A DNA stretch of 64,000 bases from an uncultured bacterium (GTDB lineage Bacteria; Verrucomicrobiota; Kiritimatiellia; RFP12; UBA1067). A program made the translations under genes and the position numbers. Under the pieces are notes generated by a model. It saw only the letters and a program-made list of their open reading frames with translations, made no database searches and was not told the origin of the DNA. The number at the start of each line of letters is the position of its first letter. Position 1 is the stretch's first letter. Below, in pieces: positions 48,442 to 57,200 of this stretch. The stretch is taken from positions 14,932-78,931 of the forward strand of contig CADCCW010000001.1 of the NCBI GenBank assembly GCA_902800055.1, read 5' to 3'.

Positions 48442-50120
48442 TTGACTTCCCCCTTGAAGTTGGTTTGCCCCCCGACCGCCTCCAGGTTCAGGGGGATGTG
48501 GTAGATGGTCTCGTTCAACTTGCCATAGCGGTTGCGTTCGATGCCGTCGCAGAGCTCGCGCACCATCATCCGCCCGCGCCCGCGCCCGCTCATCTCGCGG
48601 TTGGCGAGCTCGAAGCCGGTGTCGGTCGAGCCCGCGGCGACCGCGAGGCTCGGCTCGGGCGAGCCGCAGTCCCACACCGTCAGCTCCGCCGTCTTGTTCA
48701 CCAGCCGGAGCCGGATGCTCACCACCTCGTGCAGTCGCTCGCGGTCGGTGAGGCCGTGGTCGTGGATGTTCATCAGCTTCTCCTCGAGGACGAGCTGGAT
48801 GCGGTCGACGAGCGACTGGTCCCAGCCCTCGCCGGCGCACCAGGCCGCCATCGCCTGCGCCATCTGGTCCACCTCCGCCGGCGAGACCGGCGAGGTCGCC
48901 TCGAAGACGCCGGGCAGGTTCGCGCGCTTGCCGAAGACGAGGATGGTCACGTCGTCGTGCAGGGTGCCGTAGCCAATCTCCGCCGCCGCGCGCATGAACT
49001 TGTAGGGCTCGACCATGATCGAGCCGTCCGCGCGGCCATCGGTGATGAGCTCGTTGCGCAGCTTGGCCACCATCGCCGCCGGCATCTGCTCCATGCCCTC
49101 CGTGTCGCGCGACATGTCGAGGAGCCCGTCGGTGTAGGCCACCACCACCGAGTCGTCGAAGAGCGGAGTCGTCACCACGTCCTTCTCGGAGTACACCGTG
49201 TCGGCCATCAGCCCGATCGGCAGCCCGCCGCGCTTCTCGGGATTGACCTCGCACACCACGCCGTCGGACACCACCACCGGGTCCGGCGCGCCGCAGTTGA
49301 GCCAGACGACGTCGTTCCGAAGCGGACGGTGCAGGCAGAGGAGCGCGGTCATGTAGGAGACCTCCGCCAGGTTGTTCCGGAAGAAGCGCTGCAGGCGGTT
49401 CGCGATGTCGTAGATCTGCACCGAGCTCTGCAGCTTGCGGTTGGAGAGCTGCTTGATGAACGTCTGCACCGCCGTCATCGCGAGCGCCGCGCTGGTGCCG
49501 TGGCCCTGGATGTCGCCGAGCAGGTAGAGGTAGCACCCCTCGCCGAACGGCATCGCCTCGTAGAGGTCGCCGCTGACCATGTCCTTCGCCTTCCAGAACG
49601 CCGTGTAGAAGCCGCGCTCCGTCATCATCGCGCGCACCGGCAGCATGCTGCTCTGGATCTGGGCTGCGAGCGCCATCGACTGCCTCTGCTCCTCGATCTG
49701 CCGCTCGATGAACTGCTCGATCCTGCGCGAGGCGATGGTGCGCTGCACACGCTGGAGGAGGACGTCGGTGTCGACCGACTTCGGCAGGTAGTAGCTCAGC
49801 GGCTCGGAGACGATCTTCTTCAGGAACCCGCTCCCCTCCTCCGGATCGAGCGCCGTCAGGAAGAAGATCGGCATCGACCGGTCGATGCCGCGCACGATGT
49901 CGCGGAACACGAAGCCGTCCATCTCGCCCATCACGATGTCGGAGATGATTGCGCCGAAGTGCTTGTGCTCCTTCTTCAGGATCGCCACCGCCTCCTCCAC
50001 CGTCCCGACCGCGACAGGGTCGTACCCCACGCGCTTGAGGCGCGCGCTCATCGTAAGCCGAATCAGCTTCTCGTCGTCGACCACGAGAATCTTCGGCATT
50101 GTTTCCACATGCCCAGCCAT
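48438..50120 (-). CDS. Response regulator-PP2C(SpoIIE) phosphatase-GHKL anti-sigma-type Ser kinase tri-domain switch protein (HsbR/RsbU-RsbW-like)
   Basis: Receiver: KILVVDDEKLIR...AIISDIVMGEMDG...LPKS. PP2C/SpoIIE: QIQSSMLP..., SGDLYEA..., LLGDIQGHGTSAAL..., AYTDGLLD..., HDDVTILVF. C-terminal GHKL-like region: EEKLMNIHDHG..., LTVWDCGSPEP..., GRGRGRMMVREL. Confidence 0.8.
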   Translation of the reverse strand: MAGHVETMPKILVVDDEKLIRLTMSARLKRVGYDPVAVGTVEEAVAILKKEHKHFGAIISDIVMGEMDGFVFRDIVRGIDRSMPIFFLTALDPEEGSGFLKKIVSEPLSYYLPKSVDTDVLLQRVQRTIASRRIEQFIERQIEEQRQSMALAAQIQSSMLPVRAMMTERGFYTAFWKAKDMVSGDLYEAMPFGEGCYLYLLGDIQGHGTSAALAMTAVQTFIKQLSNRKLQSSVQIYDIANRLQRFFRNNLAEVSYMTALLCLHRPLRNDVVWLNCGAPDPVVVSDGVVCEVNPEKRGGLPIGLMADTVYSEKDVVTTPLFDDSVVVAYTDGLLDMSRDTEGMEQMPAAMVAKLRNELITDGRADGSIMVEPYKFMRAAAEIGYGTLHDDVTILVFGKRANLPGVFEATSPVSPAEVDQMAQAMAAWCAGEGWDQSLVDRIQLVLEEKLMNIHDHGLTDRERLHEVVSIRLRLVNKTAELTVWDCGSPEPSLAVAAGSTDTGFELANREMSGRGRGRMMVRELCDGIERNRYGKLNETIYHIPLNLEAVGGQTNFKGEVK

Positions 50121-50182
50121 TTTTGCGATCTCCTGCAGCCTGTCCCCCTATCTGCCCATTTTAGTTTGTGAAATTACGGTTG

Positions 50183-50191
50183 ATTTTACCA
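50183..50191 (-). promoter_or_regulatory. Extended -10 box TGGTAAAAT upstream of the REC-PP2C-kinase gene (about 60-nt leader with AGGAG Shine-Dalgarno)
   Basis: The minus strand reads GGGAAATGGTAAAATCAACCG...GCAGGAGATCGCAAAA-ATG. This is the candidate promoter for the long minus-strand gene string. Confidence 0.4.
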
Positions 50192-50255
50192 TTTCCCGCC
50201 CCAAAAAGCAAGGGGCGGCAAGAGGAAACGCGCGCGCTGCGCGGCGGGCAATTTG

Positions 50256-50264
50256 TGGTATAAT
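50256..50264 (+). promoter_or_regulatory. Extended -10 box TGGTATAAT, 11 nt upstream of the dinG ATG
   Basis: The plus strand reads ATTTGTGGTATAATATCGGCCCAAC-ATG. Confidence 0.45.
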
Positions 50265-50275
50265 ATCGGCCCAAC

Positions 50276-52360
50276 ATGGATGCCGCAGCTTTCATAGCGA
50301 ACCCCACCTGGGAAAACGTCGTTCCGCCGCGCCGCGCGCCGGGACCGGCCCGGCATCTGCCCGCGCACGAGGACTGCTCGCCCATCGACGTGGAGGCGGC
50401 GCAGGCGCACCTCCGCGCCGGCGGCACGCTCGGCGCGCGCGAGGGCTACGAGGAGCGCCCCGGCCAGATCGACATGTGCGGCGCCATCGCCGCCGCGTTC
50501 AACGCCCGCGAGCACCTGATGGTCGAGGCCGGCACCGGCGTCGGCAAGTCGCTCGCCTACCTGGTGCCCGCCGTCCTCTGGGCCGCGAAGAACGACACCC
50601 CGGTCGTCGTCTCCACCGCCACCCGCAACCTCCAGGGGCAGCTCATCAACTCCGACATCCCCAAGGCCGTCTCGGTGCTCGGCGACGGCGCCGCCGGCTT
50701 CAGGGTCGCCCTGCTCAAGGGCCGCGCCAACTACGTCTGTCTCAAGTCGGTGGCCGAGTTCTTCGAACCCGGCTACTGGACGATGTCCGAGGACGAGCAA
50801 CGGCTCCTGCCGGCATTCGTCGAGTGGCTCTCGTCCACTCCCGACGGCGACCTCGACACCTACGACGGCATCAACCGCGCGCTCCTCTCGCGCCCCGGTG
50901 ACGAGTGCACCGGCCGCAAGTGTCCCTACTACGGCCGCTGCTTCGTCCAGAAGGCCCGCCAAAACGCCGCGGAAGCGCACCTCGTGGTCGTCAACCACGC
51001 GCTCGTCCTCGCCGAGGCCACCTCGCCCGGCAGCGGCATCCTGCCGGCCTACGGACGGCTCGTCCTCGACGAGGCCCACAACCTCGAGGCAATCGCCACC
51101 GAGGCGTTCGGATCCGAATTCTCGCTGCCCGAGCTCAACCGCATCCTCCGCCGCCTCAAGCGCCACCGCAAGGAGTTCTCGCATGACGCCGACGCCGTCG
51201 CCAACGCCGCGGAGCGGTTCCTCGCCTTCCTCGGCAAGCTGCTGCCGCCGAAGACGGAAGTGCGGCGCTACGGCCGCTCGCGCCTCTACTGGGAGGACAC
51301 CGCCCGCCTCGCCGAGCTCCAGCGCGCCTTCGAGGCCCCGCTTATCGCGCTCGTCCACCGGCTCCACGACTTCTGCGCAGCCAGCGGCGACGACGACCTC
51401 GCCACCCTGCTCTCCGCCGACGCCGACCGGCTGCTTGCCTTCGCCAACGAGGCGGCCTTCGTCGTCGCCGGCGAGAAGGAGGACGACTACGTCTACTGGG
51501 TCGAGCGCGTGCGCGTCGACCGCCGCCGCGCCCACGTCCGTCTCGTCGCCGCGCCGCTCTCGGTGGCGAAGGAGCTCGCCGACGTCCTCTACGGCGCGAA
51601 GGACTCCGCCGTCCTCTGCTCCGCCACGCTGCGCGTCGGCAACGACTTCCGCTACATGGCGCGGCGCCTCGGCGCGGAGGAGCGCTTCCGCTTCCTCACC
51701 GCCGCCAGCCCCTTCGACTACTTCCGCCAGGCGCTGGTGCTGGCGCCGGACTACCTGCCCGACCCGGCGGCCGAGCCCGAGGCGTATGCGCCGGCGCTCG
51801 CCGAGACGCTCGCGCGCGTCTGCGCCGCGTCCCAGGCCAGGGCGCTCGTCCTCTTCACCAGCTACGAGATGATGAACGCCGTCGCCGCCGCGGCCGCCGG
51901 GCCCTTTGAAAAGGAGGCTCTGACGCTCCTCGTGCAGGGCGAGGGGATGTCGCGCGAAGCGATGACCCAGGCGCTCAAGGCTGGCGGGCGCACGGTTCTC
52001 TTCGGCGCGCAGTCGTTCTGGGAGGGGGTTGACGTCGCCGGCGAGGCGCTTTCCTGCGTGGTCATCGCCCGCCTGCCATTCGCGCAGGTCGGCGACCCGA
52101 TCGCCGAGGCGCGCTCCGAGAAGGTGCAGCGCGAAGGCGGCAGCCCCTTCCGCGACTACGCGCTGCCAGAGGCGGTGATCCGCTTCCGCCAGGGCTTCGG
52201 GCGGCTCATCCGCACCAAGTCCGACCGCGGCGTCGTGGTCGTCACCGACCCGCGGATCGTCACCAAGAACTACGGCGCGGTCTTCCGCAAGTCCATCCCG
52301 GCGACCGTCCACACCGTGACCGGTGCGGACGAGCTCGTCGGGAGGATTGCCGGTTTCTAG
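50276..52360 (+). CDS. dinG: ATP-dependent DNA helicase DinG (XPD/Rad3-type, Fe-S)
   Basis: Walker A EAGTGVGKSLAYLVPA. Fe-S Cys set: YVCLKS...ECTGRKCPYYGRCF. DEAH box VLDEAHNLE. C-terminal FWEGVDVAGEALSCVVIARLPF and QGFGRLIR. Confidence 0.9.
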   Translation: MDAAAFIANPTWENVVPPRRAPGPARHLPAHEDCSPIDVEAAQAHLRAGGTLGAREGYEERPGQIDMCGAIAAAFNAREHLMVEAGTGVGKSLAYLVPAVLWAAKNDTPVVVSTATRNLQGQLINSDIPKAVSVLGDGAAGFRVALLKGRANYVCLKSVAEFFEPGYWTMSEDEQRLLPAFVEWLSSTPDGDLDTYDGINRALLSRPGDECTGRKCPYYGRCFVQKARQNAAEAHLVVVNHALVLAEATSPGSGILPAYGRLVLDEAHNLEAIATEAFGSEFSLPELNRILRRLKRHRKEFSHDADAVANAAERFLAFLGKLLPPKTEVRRYGRSRLYWEDTARLAELQRAFEAPLIALVHRLHDFCAASGDDDLATLLSADADRLLAFANEAAFVVAGEKEDDYVYWVERVRVDRRRAHVRLVAAPLSVAKELADVLYGAKDSAVLCSATLRVGNDFRYMARRLGAEERFRFLTAASPFDYFRQALVLAPDYLPDPAAEPEAYAPALAETLARVCAASQARALVLFTSYEMMNAVAAAAAGPFEKEALTLLVQGEGMSREAMTQALKAGGRTVLFGAQSFWEGVDVAGEALSCVVIARLPFAQVGDPIAEARSEKVQREGGSPFRDYALPEAVIRFRQGFGRLIRTKSDRGVVVVTDPRIVTKNYGAVFRKSIPATVHTVTGADELVGRIAGF

Positions 52361-52385
52361 TCCGGCCGGCGCGCCTTGGCGATCG

Positions 52386-52853
52386 TCACTGCAGCAGCAC
52401 TTCGCGCTGCTCGTAGTGGCCAGGCTGCCAGACGCGGATCACCGTGCCGTTCGCCTGGACCTGGTCGACGTACCGTCCCTCGACCCAGACGTTCTGCACC
52501 GTCGCCGCGGGCGCGGTCACCACCGGCGTCGTCGTCACCACCGTCGGGGTCGTGACCACGGTCGGCGTCGTCACGTAGGTGGTGGGGCAGATCGAATTGT
52601 AGACGAGCCCGCCCACGACGCCGCCGACAAAGCCCGGCCAGAAGTAACGGCCGCCGCGTCCCCAGCCGCTGTAGTGGTGAATCGGCCGGTGATGGAAGCC
52701 TCCATGATGCATGACCGGCCGTGGTCCGCCACGGAACCCGCCAAAGCGGGGCCCGCCATGGAAGCCACCGTGGCGTGGACCGCCGTGAGGGCCAGCAAAG
52801 GCACCAATCGAAATGGCCGCGATGCCAACCGCAACTATGAATTTCTTGTTCAT
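52386..52853 (-). CDS. Secreted Gly/His/Pro/Arg-rich low-complexity protein
   Basis: Signal peptide MNKKFIVAVGIAAISIGAFA, then GPHGGPRHGGFHGGPRFGGFRGGPRPVMHHGGFHHRPIHHYSGWGRGG, then a TTPTVVTT repeat, then VWVEGRYVDQV...RVWQPGHY. A strong AAGGAG Shine-Dalgarno and an AT-rich upstream region are present. Confidence 0.65.
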   Translation of the reverse strand: MNKKFIVAVGIAAISIGAFAGPHGGPRHGGFHGGPRFGGFRGGPRPVMHHGGFHHRPIHHYSGWGRGGRYFWPGFVGGVVGGLVYNSICPTTYVTTPTVVTTPTVVTTTPVVTAPAATVQNVWVEGRYVDQVQANGTVIRVWQPGHYEQREVLLQ

Positions 52854-52956
52854 TTTTTGTCTCCTTTCTTAAGTTTTCGGCAAGGCTATTTTCCCTGCAA
52901 CATCAGGTTAGGCAAAATCCTTTCCTGAATCTGACAAAAATTATTCTAACGGATTT

Positions 52957-54231
52957 CTATCGCCGGCTAGACTTCGCCGCCCTGCGCTCCATGAAGAACA
53001 CCTTGTCGCCGACGCGGCAGCGCGGCGCGCGGAAAGTCGCCCACTCGCCCTTCCCGACCGACTCGAGCCGCTCGTCGTCGCGCCGCAGCTCGTCGACCAC
53101 AACCTCCACCACCCCGGTCGTGGGTCCGTGGATCTGCACCGTGTCGCCCACGGCGAGCGGATGGTCCTGGATCTGCACCTGCGCGATGCCGGCCTTGAGG
53201 AAGTAGTCGACCACGATTCCGGCGTGGCGCTTGACGAGCGTCGAGAGCGAGTCCTGCGAGTCGGCGAACTGGTCCACGCCCGGCCGCCCGAAGTAGAGCC
53301 CGCGCGAGAACTCGCGGTGGAACACCTTGGCGACCTCCGCCTCCAGCTCGGCGACGAGCTCCGGCGTATACTCGCCCGCGGCGATTGCGTCGACGGCGCG
53401 TCTATATGCCGCCGTCACCGTGTGCACGTACTCGGCATTGCGCGCGCGCCCTTCGATCTTGAAGCTCGCCACCCCGGCGTCGACGAGCCGGTCGAGGAAG
53501 GCGAGCGAGCAGAGGTCCTTGGCGGAGAGGATCGTGCGCGGCTCCACCACGAAGGCCGTGTCCGACTCGTGCACCGGCTTCCCGTTTTCGTCCTCGTAGA
53601 GGTCCACCGCCTTCACCTCGAACCGCCGCCGGCACGGCTGGCGGCACTCGCCGCGGCACGCGCTCGCGCCGAACGCGTCGTGGCTCATGAAGCACCTGCC
53701 CGACTCCGCCACGCACTGCGCGCCGTGGACGAAGCACTCGATCTCCGTCGGCGCCACCGCCGCGGCGATCGCCTTCACCTCTCCGAGCGTGCATTCGCGC
53801 GCCAGCACCACCCGCGCCGCGCCGTGCTCCGCAAGGAAGCGCACCGCCTCGGAGTTGGACACCGACATCTGCGTCGAGACGTGGAACGGCACCCCGCGCT
53901 CCCGACAGAGCGCGATCACGCCCCAGTCCGAGACGATCGCCGCGTCGACGTACGGCTTCGCCGCGTCGAGGACGCGCGCGACCTCGTCGGTCTCGCCCTC
54001 GAACATGATCGCGTTGAGCGCGAGGTACGCCTTCGCGCCGCGCGCGCGGCAGCGGCGTGCGATCTCCGGCAGGTCCTCCTCGCGGAAGTTCACCCCGCTC
54101 CGCGCGCGCATGTTGAAGGTGCCGAGCCCGAAGTAGACCGCGTCCGCCCCGGCGTCGAGCGCCGTCTGCAGGCAGGTAAAGTCACCCGCCGGAGAAAGAA
54201 TCTCCGGCCTGCGCGCCCCGTCTCTTTTCAT
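52957..54231 (-). CDS. Peptidase U32 family protein
   Basis: The real start is MKRDGARRPEILSPAGD at 54231, in an ATGA overlap with the upstream stop. Motifs: ELLSPAG-type start, GADAVYFG, FHVSTQMSVSN, ECFVHGAQCVAESGRC, SFKIEGRARNAEY. Confidence 0.85.
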   Translation of the reverse strand: MKRDGARRPEILSPAGDFTCLQTALDAGADAVYFGLGTFNMRARSGVNFREEDLPEIARRCRARGAKAYLALNAIMFEGETDEVARVLDAAKPYVDAAIVSDWGVIALCRERGVPFHVSTQMSVSNSEAVRFLAEHGAARVVLARECTLGEVKAIAAAVAPTEIECFVHGAQCVAESGRCFMSHDAFGASACRGECRQPCRRRFEVKAVDLYEDENGKPVHESDTAFVVEPRTILSAKDLCSLAFLDRLVDAGVASFKIEGRARNAEYVHTVTAAYRRAVDAIAAGEYTPELVAELEAEVAKVFHREFSRGLYFGRPGVDQFADSQDSLSTLVKRHAGIVVDYFLKAGIAQVQIQDHPLAVGDTVQIHGPTTGVVEVVVDELRRDDERLESVGKGEWATFRAPRCRVGDKVFFMERRAAKSSRR

Positions 54232-57200
54232 GGCGATCTGACCTCGATTGTCATTTCGTGGGTTCGGCTCTGGCCGGGCGCGAGCGAACGCGGGGCAAGC
54301 GTGCAGGGCTCGATGCAGTAGAAGCGCTTCCACTCGTCGGGACCGAGCGTTTTGCAGAGCGGCGTGCGGTCAACGCCGGGATTCCACACCATCCAGTCTT
54401 CGTTGTCGCTGGACTCAACCGTAATTACCCGCCCGCTGACGAGGTCGGTCAAGGTGCGGCAACGGCCCTTCTCCGCGGCAGTTGTGTGCACGAGGACGCT
54501 TGGACGCGGCTGGCGCTCGCCGTCCACCGCCACGCGCTCGGCGTCGGCTACGCGGAAATACGGATGAAATCCCCACGCCGACTCGAACGCCTCCTTGCCC
54601 GTGTTGGTCTCTGTCAGCCGCACAACCAGCCTGCCGTCACCATCCGTCCTGACTTCCACTTCAAGATGGAAGTCGTGCGGCCACAGCGCTCGCGTCGCGT
54701 CGTTGGAATCAAGCTCGAACACACCGTCGCGCGTGCACTTCCACGTCGCGTAGCGGGCAAGTCCGTGCTTGGGCAGCCCCTCCTTCGGCGGCGCGCCGAA
54801 CCAGGGCCAGCAGATCGGGATGCCGCCGTGGACCTCCTTGCCCCAAGGCGGATGCTCCTGCAAAAACAAGACTTCGCCATTCGCCTTCGTCGGCCGCCAG
54901 CTCCAGACGTGTGCACCCGTGCGCCGCGCCTTGAGCTCCCAGAATTCGACGACGTCGCAGTCCAGCCCCATGAACTCGGACCACGCGCCCTTCCGTCCGT
55001 CCTTGTAGACGCTCCGCACGCGGTAGACATGCCGCGTCGAAGGCGACGCCTCCGCGTCCTCGTAGCGGGCGTTGCGGTAGAGGACGCCTTCGTCCACGAT
55101 GTTCGTCACCGTCGCAAGCGGCAATCCGTCGCGGCAGATTTCGTAGTGGTCGAAGTCTGGCGCGTCGTCGGTTCCCCAGAGCAGATAGGTGGTGCCGTTC
55201 TTCCCACCGGGGAAGACGCGCGGACGCGTGAGGAGCCCCGTCCACGGCACCTTTTCCGCGGCAGTCTTGAACGGCGGCAGCTCGCCGGTCAGCCGCAAAG
55301 TAACCGTCTCGAACGGACGCAGCTCGAAGCCGTCTTCCGCGGCAGATTCGCCGCGCCACGGCTCCTCCAGCACGGTGACGCGCTCGATCCGCGCGTCCTT
55401 CACCAGCGACTGCACTACCTTCGCCCGCGTCGCGCGGCCCTCCGTCTCCCGGAAGCGCACAATCAGTCCGTTGCCGTCCTCGGCCAGCTTGAGCGCCGTG
55501 AGCTCGACGTTCGTCCGGTCCGCCCGGATGAGCGCGGCGATTCCGCGGTCGGCCGCGAGCGCCCCCACCTGCCGCGCCGCGAACGCTGGGATGTGCGCGT
55601 CGCGCCACGACCCGGCGTAGGACGTCAGGACATACCGGAAGCGGAAGGACGGCGGACGGTCGAGCTGGTACTGGAGTCCATCCGCGAACGCGAACGAATA
55701 GACGTGCCCGCGGCCCGGGCGCCCGGCGCGGCAGTAGGCGTTCGTCGTATGCAGCTCGCCGTATTCGACGATGCAGGTGTCGGGCTGGACGAGCGCGACG
55801 CCGAATTCGCCGTTCTCCACCGCGCACCAGTCGCGGATGCACGAATAGGTGTCCTGCACATGCGGCGTGACGCCGTTGTGCGCGTCGATGACGGGGCCGT
55901 TCAGCTGGGAAACAAAGCGCGGCGATTCGACCTTGAACGGGAAGGCGTAGTGGCCGTAGCGGTAGAAGCGGTTGGTGTTCCAGAGGTCGGCGGCGTCCTC
56001 GATCGTGTTCTCGACGACGATGCGCTTCTCGTCCGGATCCAGCGACACCTTCTGGACGATCTTCGCGCCCAGCGTCGCTGGATCGCTCCAGCTGCGGTAG
56101 CCGTCGCGCGTGTAGAGGAGGCGGTTGGCGACGCCGTCCAAAAGCTCGCGCTTCAGATCCTTGTCGTAGATGGAGGTTATCTCGCCGCGCGCATTGACCT
56201 CAACCCGATACCACCTGTTCTCAATGGTCTTGGGCAATTCCTCTTTGCGTCCTTTGCGTTCTTTGCGGCTAATAAAATCACTCCCCGCGATGCGCGCTGC
56301 GGTCTCGATCCAGTCGCGGTGCTGCGTCCAGGTGTCGTAGCAGCGGCGCCCCGAATAGCCGCTGAAACCATACGAGTGGTCGTCGTTGAGGACAAGCGCC
56401 GCGTAGCCGTGTTCGAGGTCGTCGCGCGGATACGGCGCGTTGCCCTTCACGGCGGCGACGACTGCGCGCGCCTCGGTGAGCGGCAGAGCGCGGTCGGCCG
56501 CAAGCTTGTCCGCCAGCAGCTCCGCCGCAGCCGGAAGCGTGCGGTCCCAGGCGCAGGTCAAGTCGCCGCGCACGACGGGTATCTTGTCCGCAAACTTGAC
56601 GCGCAGCCGCTCGAACGGCTCGTCCAGACGTCCGACGGTGCGGAAGACCGGCGTCGCCCATTTCGCGTTCCACTCCGCAAAGGAATCAGCCAGCCGCGTC
56701 GAGGGGATCTCGTCGTCGTGGTAGTCCGGGAAGAGCCACACGTCGTATGGAATCGCCTGTTCGAGCCACGCGAGCGTCCCCGCGGTCGCGCGCTCCATCT
56801 TCGCGAGGTCTGGCCGCCAGTTCGGGGACGGCACCTCGGCGATTTCAGGCTGGGGATGGGAGAGCCTGTCGATGAAGGCGGTCGCGAGGCCGAACCGCTC
56901 GCCGCCGATGTAATTCGAGCCCGACCAGACGAGCAGGCGGTTGCCGCTCGGCGCCTCCCACCAGAAGACCAGCGGATAGTCCGAGCCGGGCGCGAACCTG
57001 ATGCGCATGCGCCTGGGGTCGTTGCCGCAGTCGAGCTGCTTCAGCACCCAGCCGTTCGGCCAGAAGGTGAGGTTCTCGATGCCGGCCTCGGCATACGGAT
57101 CGATGACGGCACACGAGACGCCGGGGTTGTCCACCAGTTGCGAAGTATGGCCCCGGACGTTCCACTTCGCCCGCAGCTCGCGTATCGGATAGATCGAGCG

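Noticed and set aside
50186-52312. 708-aa minus-strand ORF opposite dinG
   Set aside because: dinG on the plus strand shows Walker A, DEAH and Fe-S cysteine motifs. The antisense ORF is Arg/Gly/Ala/Glu-rich with no motif.
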